Below are positions 1 through 7,938 of a stretch of 64,000 bases of DNA, in pieces. The notes below the pieces were generated by a model, which worked only from the letters and a program-made list of their open reading frames with translations, was not told the origin of the DNA and did no database searches. Position 1 is the stretch's first letter. Every line of letters begins with the position of its first letter. Source of the DNA: Candidatus Zixiibacteriota bacterium (GTDB taxonomy: Bacteria; Zixibacteria; MSB-5A5; WJJR01); assembly GCA_036397555.1 (NCBI GenBank), contig DASWIS010000007.1, positions 7,583 through 71,582 of the forward strand. The letters are read 5' to 3'. The position numbers and the translations under genes were made by a program.

Positions 1-142
1 CTGAGAACAGTTTGTTCGAAACGCACATGAACAACGACGAAAGAGTCAGTGCTGTCCTTCTGAGGAGTTCCGTTCCGCCGAACGCGGGACGGGACGACGA
101 AGAATCTGCTGTTGTCCCCCCATGCGGAAAGAAACAGATGCT

Positions 143-179
143 GCGCTTCCCTCGGCTGCGCTCGGCACAAGTCGCCCGG
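143..179 (+). repeat. Dispersed short repeat, family D (core GCTTCCCTCGGCTGCGCTCGGCACAAG)
   Basis: The same ~28-nt core recurs reverse-complemented at 29973-30000 and, with an insertion, at 55646-55682. All copies are intergenic. Confidence 0.6.
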
Positions 180-226
180 GATGGCACAGTGGCCATGTGT
201 GATTTCAGAGGGTAACGCGACCAGCC

Positions 227-1699
227 ATGAGCTTCGACATCGCCGCCTTCTACGCCGACTGGGACATCATCCTCCCGGAGTCGTTCCTGTTGCTATGGGG
301 CATGGCGATCATTTTTGCCGCCGTCTTGAAGAAGGGCGGCGACAACAATTCCGGCGCGTTCGCGGTCTGGACGATCATCGGCGTGCTGATCACCGCCGCC
401 TGGGTGGCGTACACCGGCGACGGCGCCGCGTTCGGCGGCTCGCTGGTCTTCGACCGGCTCGCTGTGGTGTTCAAGGAAGTCGTGCTGCTGGCGTTGGTGT
501 TGACCGTGGTGTCGTCGATCGACACGGTCGGACGCTTCCCCGCGCACCGCGGCGAATACTACGGCATGCTGCTGTTCTCGGCGGTCGGGATGATGTTGAT
601 GGTCTCGGCGACCGAACTCCTGCTGTTGTATCTCGCCATCGAGCTGTCGAGCATTTCGCTGATGGTCCTGGCGGCGTATCGCAAGACCAGCAGGCGCTCG
701 GCCGAGGCGGGCCTGAAATATGTCATCTTAGGCGGCATTTCATCGGCGATTCTCTTATACGGTGTTGCTCTCCTCTATGGACTGACCGGCACGACCGAAC
801 TGGCCGCGATCAAGACATCGCTGGAGGACATCTACACACAGAATGCCGGCTTCCCCCCCGGCGTCTTTCTGGCGCTGATCTTTCTGTTGGCCGGATTCGG
901 ATTCAAACTGGCGCTGGCGCCGTTTCACATGTGGGCGCCCGATGTGTACGAGGGCGCGCCGACTCCGATCACGGCGTTTATCTCGGTGGCATCCAAAGCC
1001 GCGGCGGTGGCCGCGTTCATTCGCGTGTTCTTCGTTGGATTGGAGTACTCGCAGTCGCTCTGGCTGCATGCGATTGCGGTGATGGCGGCGCTGGCAATGA
1101 TCATCGGCAATGTCACCGCCATCGTGCAAAGCAACATCAAACGCATGCTGGCGTACTCGTCGGTCGCGCAGATCGGATACATCCTGGTCGGAGCGGTCGC
1201 GCTCGACAGTTGGGGGACCGCGTCGATGGCGTTTTACTCGCTGGCGTATCTGTTCGCCAACATGGGCGCGTTCATGTGCGTGATCGCCTTCTCCGACCAA
1301 ACCGGCTCCGATGACATCAACGATTACACGTCGCTGGCGCGGCGTTCGCCGGTGCTGGCGGCGCTCTTCGCCTTGTTCCTGCTGTCGTTGACCGGGATTC
1401 CGCCGACCGCAGGATTCATGGCAAAGTATTATGTCTTTTTGGCCGCGATCCGCGCCGGATACATGTGGCTGGTGATCATCGGGCTTCTGACTTCGGTGAT
1501 CGCGCTGTACTACTACGCCGGCATCATCCGCAAAATGTATTTCCCGCTTGAGCAGCCCGAAGGCGGACTGAATATGTCCGGGTCGCTGCGTCTCGCCTTA
1601 ACAATCGCCGCCGTCGGCACAGTACTTTTCGGCGTCTACCCCGGCCCCTTTGTCGACTGGGTCAAGAACGCCGCCGATCTGCTGATGGCCGCGCGGTAA
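227..1699 (+). CDS. nuoN: NADH-quinone oxidoreductase subunit N
   Basis: 490-aa polytopic membrane ORF. The motif LAPFHMWAPDVYEGAPTPITAF and the overall pattern fit NuoN/ND2 antiporter-like subunits. Confidence 0.9.
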   Translation: MSFDIAAFYADWDIILPESFLLLWGMAIIFAAVLKKGGDNNSGAFAVWTIIGVLITAAWVAYTGDGAAFGGSLVFDRLAVVFKEVVLLALVLTVVSSIDTVGRFPAHRGEYYGMLLFSAVGMMLMVSATELLLLYLAIELSSISLMVLAAYRKTSRRSAEAGLKYVILGGISSAILLYGVALLYGLTGTTELAAIKTSLEDIYTQNAGFPPGVFLALIFLLAGFGFKLALAPFHMWAPDVYEGAPTPITAFISVASKAAAVAAFIRVFFVGLEYSQSLWLHAIAVMAALAMIIGNVTAIVQSNIKRMLAYSSVAQIGYILVGAVALDSWGTASMAFYSLAYLFANMGAFMCVIAFSDQTGSDDINDYTSLARRSPVLAALFALFLLSLTGIPPTAGFMAKYYVFLAAIRAGYMWLVIIGLLTSVIALYYYAGIIRKMYFPLEQPEGGLNMSGSLRLALTIAAVGTVLFGVYPGPFVDWVKNAADLLMAAR

Positions 1700-1724
1700 T
1701 TACTCGAATCCATATCAGGTTCTC

Positions 1725-1750
1725 GTAGGGGCACGGCGTGCCGTGCCCTG
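1725..1750. repeat. Palindromic repeat, family B (GGGCACGGCGTGCCGTGCCC)
   Basis: Near-perfect palindrome directly after the nuoN stop. Related copies lie at 3453, 29068, 32000 and 50240. Confidence 0.8.
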
Positions 1751-1831
1751 ACCGCGCTGACCCGGCGCCCCTGCAGAATGAACGCGCTCACACAGCACCT
1801 GCGCCGCTCTGTCAAAACCCCATCCTCCCGC

Positions 1832-1859
1832 TTGACACTCCATAGGGATCGAGTATGAT
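1832..1859 (+). promoter_or_regulatory. Sigma70-like promoter candidate for the 1904 gene
   Basis: TTGACA (1832-1837), 16-nt spacer, TATGAT (1854-1859), about 45 nt upstream of the ATG. Confidence 0.4.
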
Positions 1860-1903
1860 GATATCAGACACCCCGCTTTCAGAGGCGCATTCGAGGCCAA
1901 GCC

Positions 1904-3406
1904 ATGCGCGCACGATCCTTCAAATCCCGGCTCTCCGTCAGTGCTCTTGCAATACTGGCACTCGCGTTAGCAGACACGCAACTCGCACACTCCGCTGACG
2001 ACCCTCAATCCTCGCCGTTGTTTGACCAGAGCTTGCGGCAGTCGATCGACCGGCTAGACCCCACGGCTGCACCGCTTCCAGACAGCCAATTGCCCGAAGC
2101 GACGGACGTCGCTGACACGACAATTTCGTGTATATATGAATTGGTCTGTGTCGAAGGCGATCCGGATTCCGTGGCTGAATTGGGATTGGTCATTGGCATG
2201 CACCGCAAACGGAATTCCTGCTCCAGCAGATTCAATTGTGCGCAATTCACTCAGTCGATGATCGGCTCGCTCTGCTTGTCGTGGCGCTTTATACGGTGTG
2301 AATCGACGGATCTTCCTCCGATTCCCGGCGTGTGGATGCGCGATTACTACGACGCCTGTGCCTGTGGCGGAGGCACAACACGCGACGCATCACCGACGTG
2401 CCTTGTGCCGACATGCATTATGTCGACGTGCATCGGAGGAATGACGTGTACCGGAAGTTACGTATCCTGTGCGGGAGCGCCAACCTGCGACGGACCGACT
2501 TGCGATCCGCCGACCACGTGTGATCCACTTCCTACATGCGGTCAGCATACGACTTGTTCAGCCAACACAACTTGTAGCGCAACATGCCCGGTCTACAGCA
2601 GCTGCGCCGGGCACACCGCTTGCGACGCGACCTGCACTGGCGAAACCTGCGGGGAGAATACCTGTGCTCCGGCTGCAAGCTGCCCTGTGGGTCCGACTTG
2701 TTACGGGTCGTATACGTGCGGTCACGTCACGTGTGAACGCAGCACCACATGCACGACGTGCCATCTCATTCCGACATGTGAACCCACATGCTTTTCCCCC
2801 ACTTGTCCAGACTATACCACATGCGGAACCACCTGCGATGGACAGACGTGCGAGGGCAGTACCTGCTCTCCACAATTCACTTGCGACGTCTGGATATCGA
2901 CCTGCGTCGGAGTCTCCTGTGACGGCGCTACCTGTGACCCCTCCTTTGTCACCTGCATAGGGCCAACATGCCTGGCGACCTGCGGCGGAGGTCTCACCTG
3001 CAACGGCGAGACTTGTATACTGTATTCCACCTGTCCGGACCATTCCACCTGTGGCACAACGTGCGTGACGTCGACTTGCTCCGGATTCGTGACGTGTGGC
3101 AATACATGTGTCACTCCAACATGCGAACAGTACTCCACCTGCGGTTACCTCCCCAATTGCCTGTTGTGCAACTGCCCTTCGCAGGGCGATCTCAACCGCG
3201 ATGGACGGCTCAATCTCATTGATCTTTTGGGGTTCCTGAACATCCTGATGGATCGACCGGTGACATACCGTGCCGATGCGACCTGCCCCGCCATCGACCG
3301 CGCTGATTTGAATTGCGATGACGAACACACGATGATCGATGTCATTATCATGGTCGATTACGTGTTCCGACGGGTCGACGATCGGTGTAATCCGTGCATC
3401 CAGTAA
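1904..3406 (+). CDS. Secreted Thr/Cys-repeat protein with C-terminal dockerin-like module
   Basis: Signal peptide MRARSFKSRLSVSALAILALALA. About 260 aa consist of roughly 40 x(2-6)-T-C units. The C-terminus carries duplicated Ca-loop/helix segments, GDLNRDGRLNLIDLLGFL and ADLNCDDEHTMIDVIIMVDYVF. Confidence 0.75.
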   Translation: MRARSFKSRLSVSALAILALALADTQLAHSADDPQSSPLFDQSLRQSIDRLDPTAAPLPDSQLPEATDVADTTISCIYELVCVEGDPDSVAELGLVIGMHRKRNSCSSRFNCAQFTQSMIGSLCLSWRFIRCESTDLPPIPGVWMRDYYDACACGGGTTRDASPTCLVPTCIMSTCIGGMTCTGSYVSCAGAPTCDGPTCDPPTTCDPLPTCGQHTTCSANTTCSATCPVYSSCAGHTACDATCTGETCGENTCAPAASCPVGPTCYGSYTCGHVTCERSTTCTTCHLIPTCEPTCFSPTCPDYTTCGTTCDGQTCEGSTCSPQFTCDVWISTCVGVSCDGATCDPSFVTCIGPTCLATCGGGLTCNGETCILYSTCPDHSTCGTTCVTSTCSGFVTCGNTCVTPTCEQYSTCGYLPNCLLCNCPSQGDLNRDGRLNLIDLLGFLNILMDRPVTYRADATCPAIDRADLNCDDEHTMIDVIIMVDYVFRRVDDRCNPCIQ

Positions 3407-3452
3407 AGTCCTGTCTCCGACCCGCCCTTGGCTGACAGTGTGGACTCTGTTT

Positions 3453-3480
3453 GTAGAGGCACGACGCGTCGTGCCCCTAC
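3453..3480. repeat. Palindromic repeat, family B variant (GTAGAGGCACGACGCGTCGTGCCCCTAC)
   Basis: 28-nt near-perfect palindrome in the spacer before the IscU-like gene. Confidence 0.8.
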
Positions 3481-3544
3481 GACCGCAGATCATCGACATG
3501 TTTCGAGTCGCCCACCGTGGTGCGACTTTGCGTATCTTCCCCGC

Positions 3545-3949
3545 ATGTCGATGGATCATGAAAACTTCGGCTACAACGCCACGGTCATCGACCATTTCCA
3601 GAACCCTCGCAACGCCGGGGACATGGACAACCCGTCGTGCATCGGTGTGGCGCGCAATTCCGACTGCGGCGACATGCTCAAGCTGACGTTGCGCATCGAC
3701 GGCGACCGCATCACCGAGGTGAAGTTCAAGACCTTCGGCTGCGGCGCCGCGATCGCCTCGTCCTCGATGCTGACACTGTTGTTGAAGGACAAGTCAGTTG
3801 CCGACGCGGCACGGATTACCGACAGCGACGTCGCCGCGGCATTGGGCGGTCTGCCGGAGCACAAGATTCATTGCTCGGTGCTCGCGCAGGAGGCGACGGC
3901 GGCCGCATTGGCCGACTGGAAGAGACGCCATCAAATCCAACACTCGTAA
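3545..3949 (+). CDS. iscU: IscU/NifU-N-type Fe-S cluster scaffold protein
   Basis: NPRNAG...CGDMLKL...FKTFGCGAAIASSS...HCSVLA carries the three scaffold cysteines. The start was moved to ATG 3545 because the upstream part of ORF 3428 runs across the family B palindrome. Confidence 0.85.
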   Translation: MSMDHENFGYNATVIDHFQNPRNAGDMDNPSCIGVARNSDCGDMLKLTLRIDGDRITEVKFKTFGCGAAIASSSMLTLLLKDKSVADAARITDSDVAAALGGLPEHKIHCSVLAQEATAAALADWKRRHQIQHS

Positions 3950-4190
3950 CTCTTCGTGTGCCGGTCAGCCCTTGGGCTGACGGTCGTCGCGCAGCGGCAT
4001 CGCTCACGTTTCGTGTGCCGGTCAGCCCTTGGGCTGACGGTCGTCGCGCAGCGGCATCGCTCACGTTTCGTGTGCCGGTCAGCCCTTGGGCTGACGGTCG
4101 TCGCACAGCGGCAAAGCTCACGTTTCGTGTGCCGGTCAGCCCTTGGGCTGACGGTCGTCGCGCAGCGGCAAAGGTCACGTTGATCGGAGT
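3950..4190. repeat. Tandem array, 4 units of 57 bp, each containing the family A palindrome GTCAGCCCTTGGGCTGAC
   Basis: Unit starts are 3961, 4018, 4075 and 4132. Units 1 and 2 are identical, unit 3 has 3 substitutions, and unit 4 diverges at its 3' end. Confidence 0.9.
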
Positions 4191-4208
4191 CCTATAGGCC
4201 CATGGCCC

Positions 4209-4233
4209 GCGGTCAGCCCGAGGGCTGACCCGC
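4209..4233. repeat. Palindromic repeat, family A variant (GCGGTCAGCCCGAGGGCTGACCCGC)
   Basis: Isolated copy just after the tandem array. Confidence 0.75.
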
Positions 4234-4411
4234 ACCGAACGCCCGTAACTCTTTCTGGAACATCACAATCAGTGCGAACTGTCGGCGGCGCCGATTGTTA
4301 TGATACATTATGGGGGGAGTGCCGATCCGGTCAGTGAATGGTGGCCACGGCCGACATCTTGAGACGGGAGCCGGATTGGGGTATTATAGGGGGAGGGACG
4401 GAATAGAGCTG

Positions 4412-5533
4412 ATGGGCACGTTGGTCAAACACGCAGAGGAGCAGCACCCATCGGTGTCGGCGTGTGCCGTCACCGCGCGTCCGGAGGATGACGTCCTGAG
4501 GGCGCGCATCCGCGGCCAGATCGACCGTTGGGACAAACGGCTGGTGATCCTGGCGCATCATTACCAACGCAAGGAAGTGGTGCCGTTCGGCAACTTTGTC
4601 GGAGACTCCTACTATCTCTCCAAAGTCGCGTCGCAACAGCAGCGGGCCGAACACATCGTCTTCTGCGGCGTGCACTTTATGGCCGAATCGGCGCGCATCC
4701 TCTGCCGTCCCGAGCAACGCGTCTACCTGCCGAACCTGCGCGCCGGCTGTCCCATGGCCGACATGGCCGATGAGATTCAGGTCGATGATTCCTGGGATTG
4801 GCTCGGCGAGCACTTCGACCAGAAGACGATCATCCCGATTTCCTACATGAACTCGGCGGCATCATTGAAGGCGTTCTGCGGCGCCAATGGCGGATTGATC
4901 TGCACCTCGTCGAATGCCGAGGCGGCGTTTCGCTGGGCATTCGCCCGCGGCGAGAAAGTCTTCTTCTTCCCCGATGAACATCTCGGCACCAACACGGCGA
5001 ATCGTTTGTGTATCCCGCGCGAACAGCGCGTGATGTTCGATCCGCTGCACCCACCGACCGATCCGGAGCCGTTTCGTCGCGCAAAAGTCATCCTGTGGAA
5101 GGGATTCTGCCACGTGCATGTCAACTTCACGCCCGATCATGTGCGGCAGGTCCGACAGCACTACCCCGGCGTCAAAGTGGTCGTACACCCCGAATGCACC
5201 GAAGCTGTCGTCGATCTGGCCGATGCCGTGGGATCGACCGCGTTCATCACAAAGTACGTTGAAGCTCAGCCCGCCGGATCGATCATCGCCATCGGCACCG
5301 AGATCAACTTGACCTCGCGTCTGGCCGACGAGCATCCCGACAAGACGATCTTTGAGTTATCGGGACAGAACTGCCCATTGTGCGTCAACATGTTCCGTAC
5401 TTCACTCGAAGACCTTGCGAACTGCCTCGATGAACTCGGCAGCGATTCCCACTCCAAAGAAATCACGGTCAAGCCCGAGATTGCCCGCGACGCGCGGTTG
5501 GCGCTGGATCGGATGCTGGAGTTGAAGCAGTAG
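4412..5533 (+). CDS. nadA: Quinolinate synthase
   Basis: HYQRKEVV, GVHFMAESA, AGCPMADMA and the later Cys-containing blocks are typical of NadA. The Shine-Dalgarno-like GGAGGGA precedes ATG 4412, and the upstream part of ORF 4310 is not needed. Confidence 0.9.
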   Translation: MGTLVKHAEEQHPSVSACAVTARPEDDVLRARIRGQIDRWDKRLVILAHHYQRKEVVPFGNFVGDSYYLSKVASQQQRAEHIVFCGVHFMAESARILCRPEQRVYLPNLRAGCPMADMADEIQVDDSWDWLGEHFDQKTIIPISYMNSAASLKAFCGANGGLICTSSNAEAAFRWAFARGEKVFFFPDEHLGTNTANRLCIPREQRVMFDPLHPPTDPEPFRRAKVILWKGFCHVHVNFTPDHVRQVRQHYPGVKVVVHPECTEAVVDLADAVGSTAFITKYVEAQPAGSIIAIGTEINLTSRLADEHPDKTIFELSGQNCPLCVNMFRTSLEDLANCLDELGSDSHSKEITVKPEIARDARLALDRMLELKQ

Positions 5534-5679
5534 CATCCGGCCGCGAGCCGCGCACGATTCCCCGGCATCACTCAACCGACCCCACGAGGCACGGAGTCAT
5601 CCGCCCGTGTCCGGCACGGGCCGGATTCGTCTCCGATTGGTCGTACTTTTGCCTCTCAGAATCCCTATTTTGTCGGTCG

Positions 5680-7938
5680 ATGCGCGGCGAGACCATCGGA
5701 CAATACCGCATCATTGACAAACTCGGCGCCGGCGGCATGGGAGAGGTCTTTCTGGCGGAAGACACCAAACTCAAGCGCAAGGTCGCGCTGAAGTTTCTGC
5801 CGGAGAGTCTGAGTGCAGTCGCTGAAGCGCGCGCCCGTTTCGAACGGGAGGCGCGCGCGCAGGCGGCGCTGTCGCATCCCAATGTTGTCGTTGTCCACGA
5901 TGTGGCTGTGCACAACGGACGGCCCTTCATCGTCATGGAACATATCGACGGGATGCCGCTCGGTGAGTATTGCCTCACAGAGAGTCCGTCGGTCAGTGCG
6001 AGAATTCGTCTGGCGATAGGAATTGCCGAAGGATTGGCGGCCGCTCACCGTGCGAGTATCATCCACCGCGACTTAAAGCCCGCGAACATCTTAGTCGCAT
6101 CCGACGGACGCGCGAAGATTTGCGATTTCGGACTGGCGCACGCGCGCGCCGAGGCGCAGATCACGCGCGACGGTTCGACGCTCGGCACGGCGGCCTACAT
6201 GTCGCCGGAGCAGGCGCAGGGACAGCCGGTCGACCAACGCTCCGATCTGTTCTCTTTCGGATCGGTTCTTTACGAAATGCTGACGGGCCAGCGCGCGTTT
6301 GCCGGCGAGCATGAAGCGGCTGTTGTTTACTCCATCATCCACGACGACCCCGAACCACTGTCACGGTGGGGCAGCGATGTGCCGCGCGGGCTCGAGGAAG
6401 TCATCGAGCGGTCGCTGAAGAAGAAACCGGATGAGCGTTACGGATCTGCCGATGAACTGCTGGCAGCATTGCGCGAGGTGAAACGCTCACTCGATGGCGG
6501 CGTGGCGGCGGCGGGCCAGACGGACCGCGACGCTCCTTCGATTGCGGTGCTGCCGTTTACCAACATGAGCGCCGATCCGGAAAACGAATACTTCTCCGAC
6601 GGTTTGGCCGAGGAATTGATCAACGCCCTGACCAAGATTCCGCAACTGCATGTCGCCGCGCGGACCTCGTCGTTTGCGTTCAAAGGACGGGAATTGGACA
6701 TTCGCGAGATCGGACGCAAGCTCGGAGTCGGTACGGTGCTGGAAGGCAGCGTGCGACGGGCCGGAAAACGCCTGCGTGTCACCGCCCAATTGATCAACGT
6801 GACCGACGGATACCATCTCTGGGCGGAACGCTACGACCGCGAGATGGAGGATGTCTTCGCCATCCAGGACGAAATCTCCGGAGCGATTGTCTCGACGCTC
6901 AAAGTCAGATTGGTGGGCGAAGACAATCGCCCTCAGGTACGACGCCCCACCGCGAATGTGGAAGCATACAGTCTGTATCTGCGGGGCCGTCACTTTTGGA
7001 GCGGGCGCACCGAAGACGGATTGCAACGCGCGATCGACTGTTACCAGCAAGCCATTGCGCTGGATCCGCGCTTCACTCTGGCGCATGTCGGCATCGCCGA
7101 TTGCCGGCTGCTGTCATGCTCCTATCAGTTTCTGTCCCCGGCCGATTCGATCCCGTATGCCCGGGAGGCAGCGGCCCGCGCGATGACATTGGACTCGGAA
7201 TCGGCCGAAGCGTACGAGTCTCGCGCGCACGTGCACATCCTGGATGACTGGGATTGGTCGGCGGCCGAGCGTGATTTCCGCCGGGCCATTGCGCTGGACC
7301 CCGGCTATGCCACCGCGCGCAACCGGCTCGGTTTGCTGCTGTCGCTGCTGGGACGCATCGATGCGGCGCTTGAGGAAAGTGAGACCGCGCGCGCGCTGGA
7401 ACCGATGTCGCTGATCATCAACAACGCGTATGCTCTGCGGGCGTTCGAGCGACGTGAGTTCGATCGGGCGCTGAATCTGGTGAGCGATGTGCTGGAGATG
7501 AAGACCGACTTCGGTCCGGCCCGCATGCTCCTGGGTCAGATCTACGAACAGTTGGGTGACTACCAGCGGGCCGTGGCCGAGCTGCACCGGGCCAAATCCG
7601 CACTGGGCTCAAGCAGCGTGGCCTCCGGCCAATTGGGGCATGCGTACGCCAAATGGGGCAATGATGAAGAGGCGCGCCTGATCCTCGAGGAACTGCACGA
7701 GCTGTCGGCACGGCGATTTGTCTCGCCTCTGAGCTTCTCCATGATCCATCTGGGCCTGGGCGAGACCGAACAGGCGCTGGAGTGGCTGGCCCGGGCGGTC
7801 GACCAGCGTTCGGTCTGGATGATCCACCTCCATGTGGCGAGTGATCCAAGACTTGACGCAGTGCGTGACAATCCGTCTTTTACCGCTCTGCTGGGCCGCA
7901 TGAACCTGTCGGCGGCTCAGACGGGACCACGACGATGA
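5680..7938 (+). CDS. Ser/Thr protein kinase with TolB-N-like and TPR region, no TM segment
   Basis: GAGGMGEV, AxK, HRDLKPANIL, DFGLA and YMSPEQ mark the kinase domain. It is followed by IAVLPFTNMSADPENEYFSDGLAEELI (TolB-N-like) and TPR-like repeats. No hydrophobic stretch separates the kinase from the sensor part. Confidence 0.9.
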   Translation: MRGETIGQYRIIDKLGAGGMGEVFLAEDTKLKRKVALKFLPESLSAVAEARARFEREARAQAALSHPNVVVVHDVAVHNGRPFIVMEHIDGMPLGEYCLTESPSVSARIRLAIGIAEGLAAAHRASIIHRDLKPANILVASDGRAKICDFGLAHARAEAQITRDGSTLGTAAYMSPEQAQGQPVDQRSDLFSFGSVLYEMLTGQRAFAGEHEAAVVYSIIHDDPEPLSRWGSDVPRGLEEVIERSLKKKPDERYGSADELLAALREVKRSLDGGVAAAGQTDRDAPSIAVLPFTNMSADPENEYFSDGLAEELINALTKIPQLHVAARTSSFAFKGRELDIREIGRKLGVGTVLEGSVRRAGKRLRVTAQLINVTDGYHLWAERYDREMEDVFAIQDEISGAIVSTLKVRLVGEDNRPQVRRPTANVEAYSLYLRGRHFWSGRTEDGLQRAIDCYQQAIALDPRFTLAHVGIADCRLLSCSYQFLSPADSIPYAREAAARAMTLDSESAEAYESRAHVHILDDWDWSAAERDFRRAIALDPGYATARNRLGLLLSLLGRIDAALEESETARALEPMSLIINNAYALRAFERREFDRALNLVSDVLEMKTDFGPARMLLGQIYEQLGDYQRAVAELHRAKSALGSSSVASGQLGHAYAKWGNDEEARLILEELHELSARRFVSPLSFSMIHLGLGETEQALEWLARAVDQRSVWMIHLHVASDPRLDAVRDNPSFTALLGRMNLSAAQTGPRR

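Noticed and set aside
112-1314. 400-aa ORF overlapping nuoN in another frame
   Set aside because: It is an Arg/Gly-rich off-frame translation. The nuoN frame has clear family motifs.
3950-4190. Possible CRISPR array (regularly spaced palindromic repeats)
   Set aside because: The 57-bp units abut each other and are near-identical along their whole length, so there are no unique spacers. No cas genes are nearby. This is a tandem repeat.
4200-4411. NAD+ (nadA-motif) riboswitch upstream of nadA
   Set aside because: I could not find the expected tandem stem-loops with C-rich/G-rich pairing characteristic of that motif. Only purine-rich direct repeats are present. An Infernal scan would be decisive.
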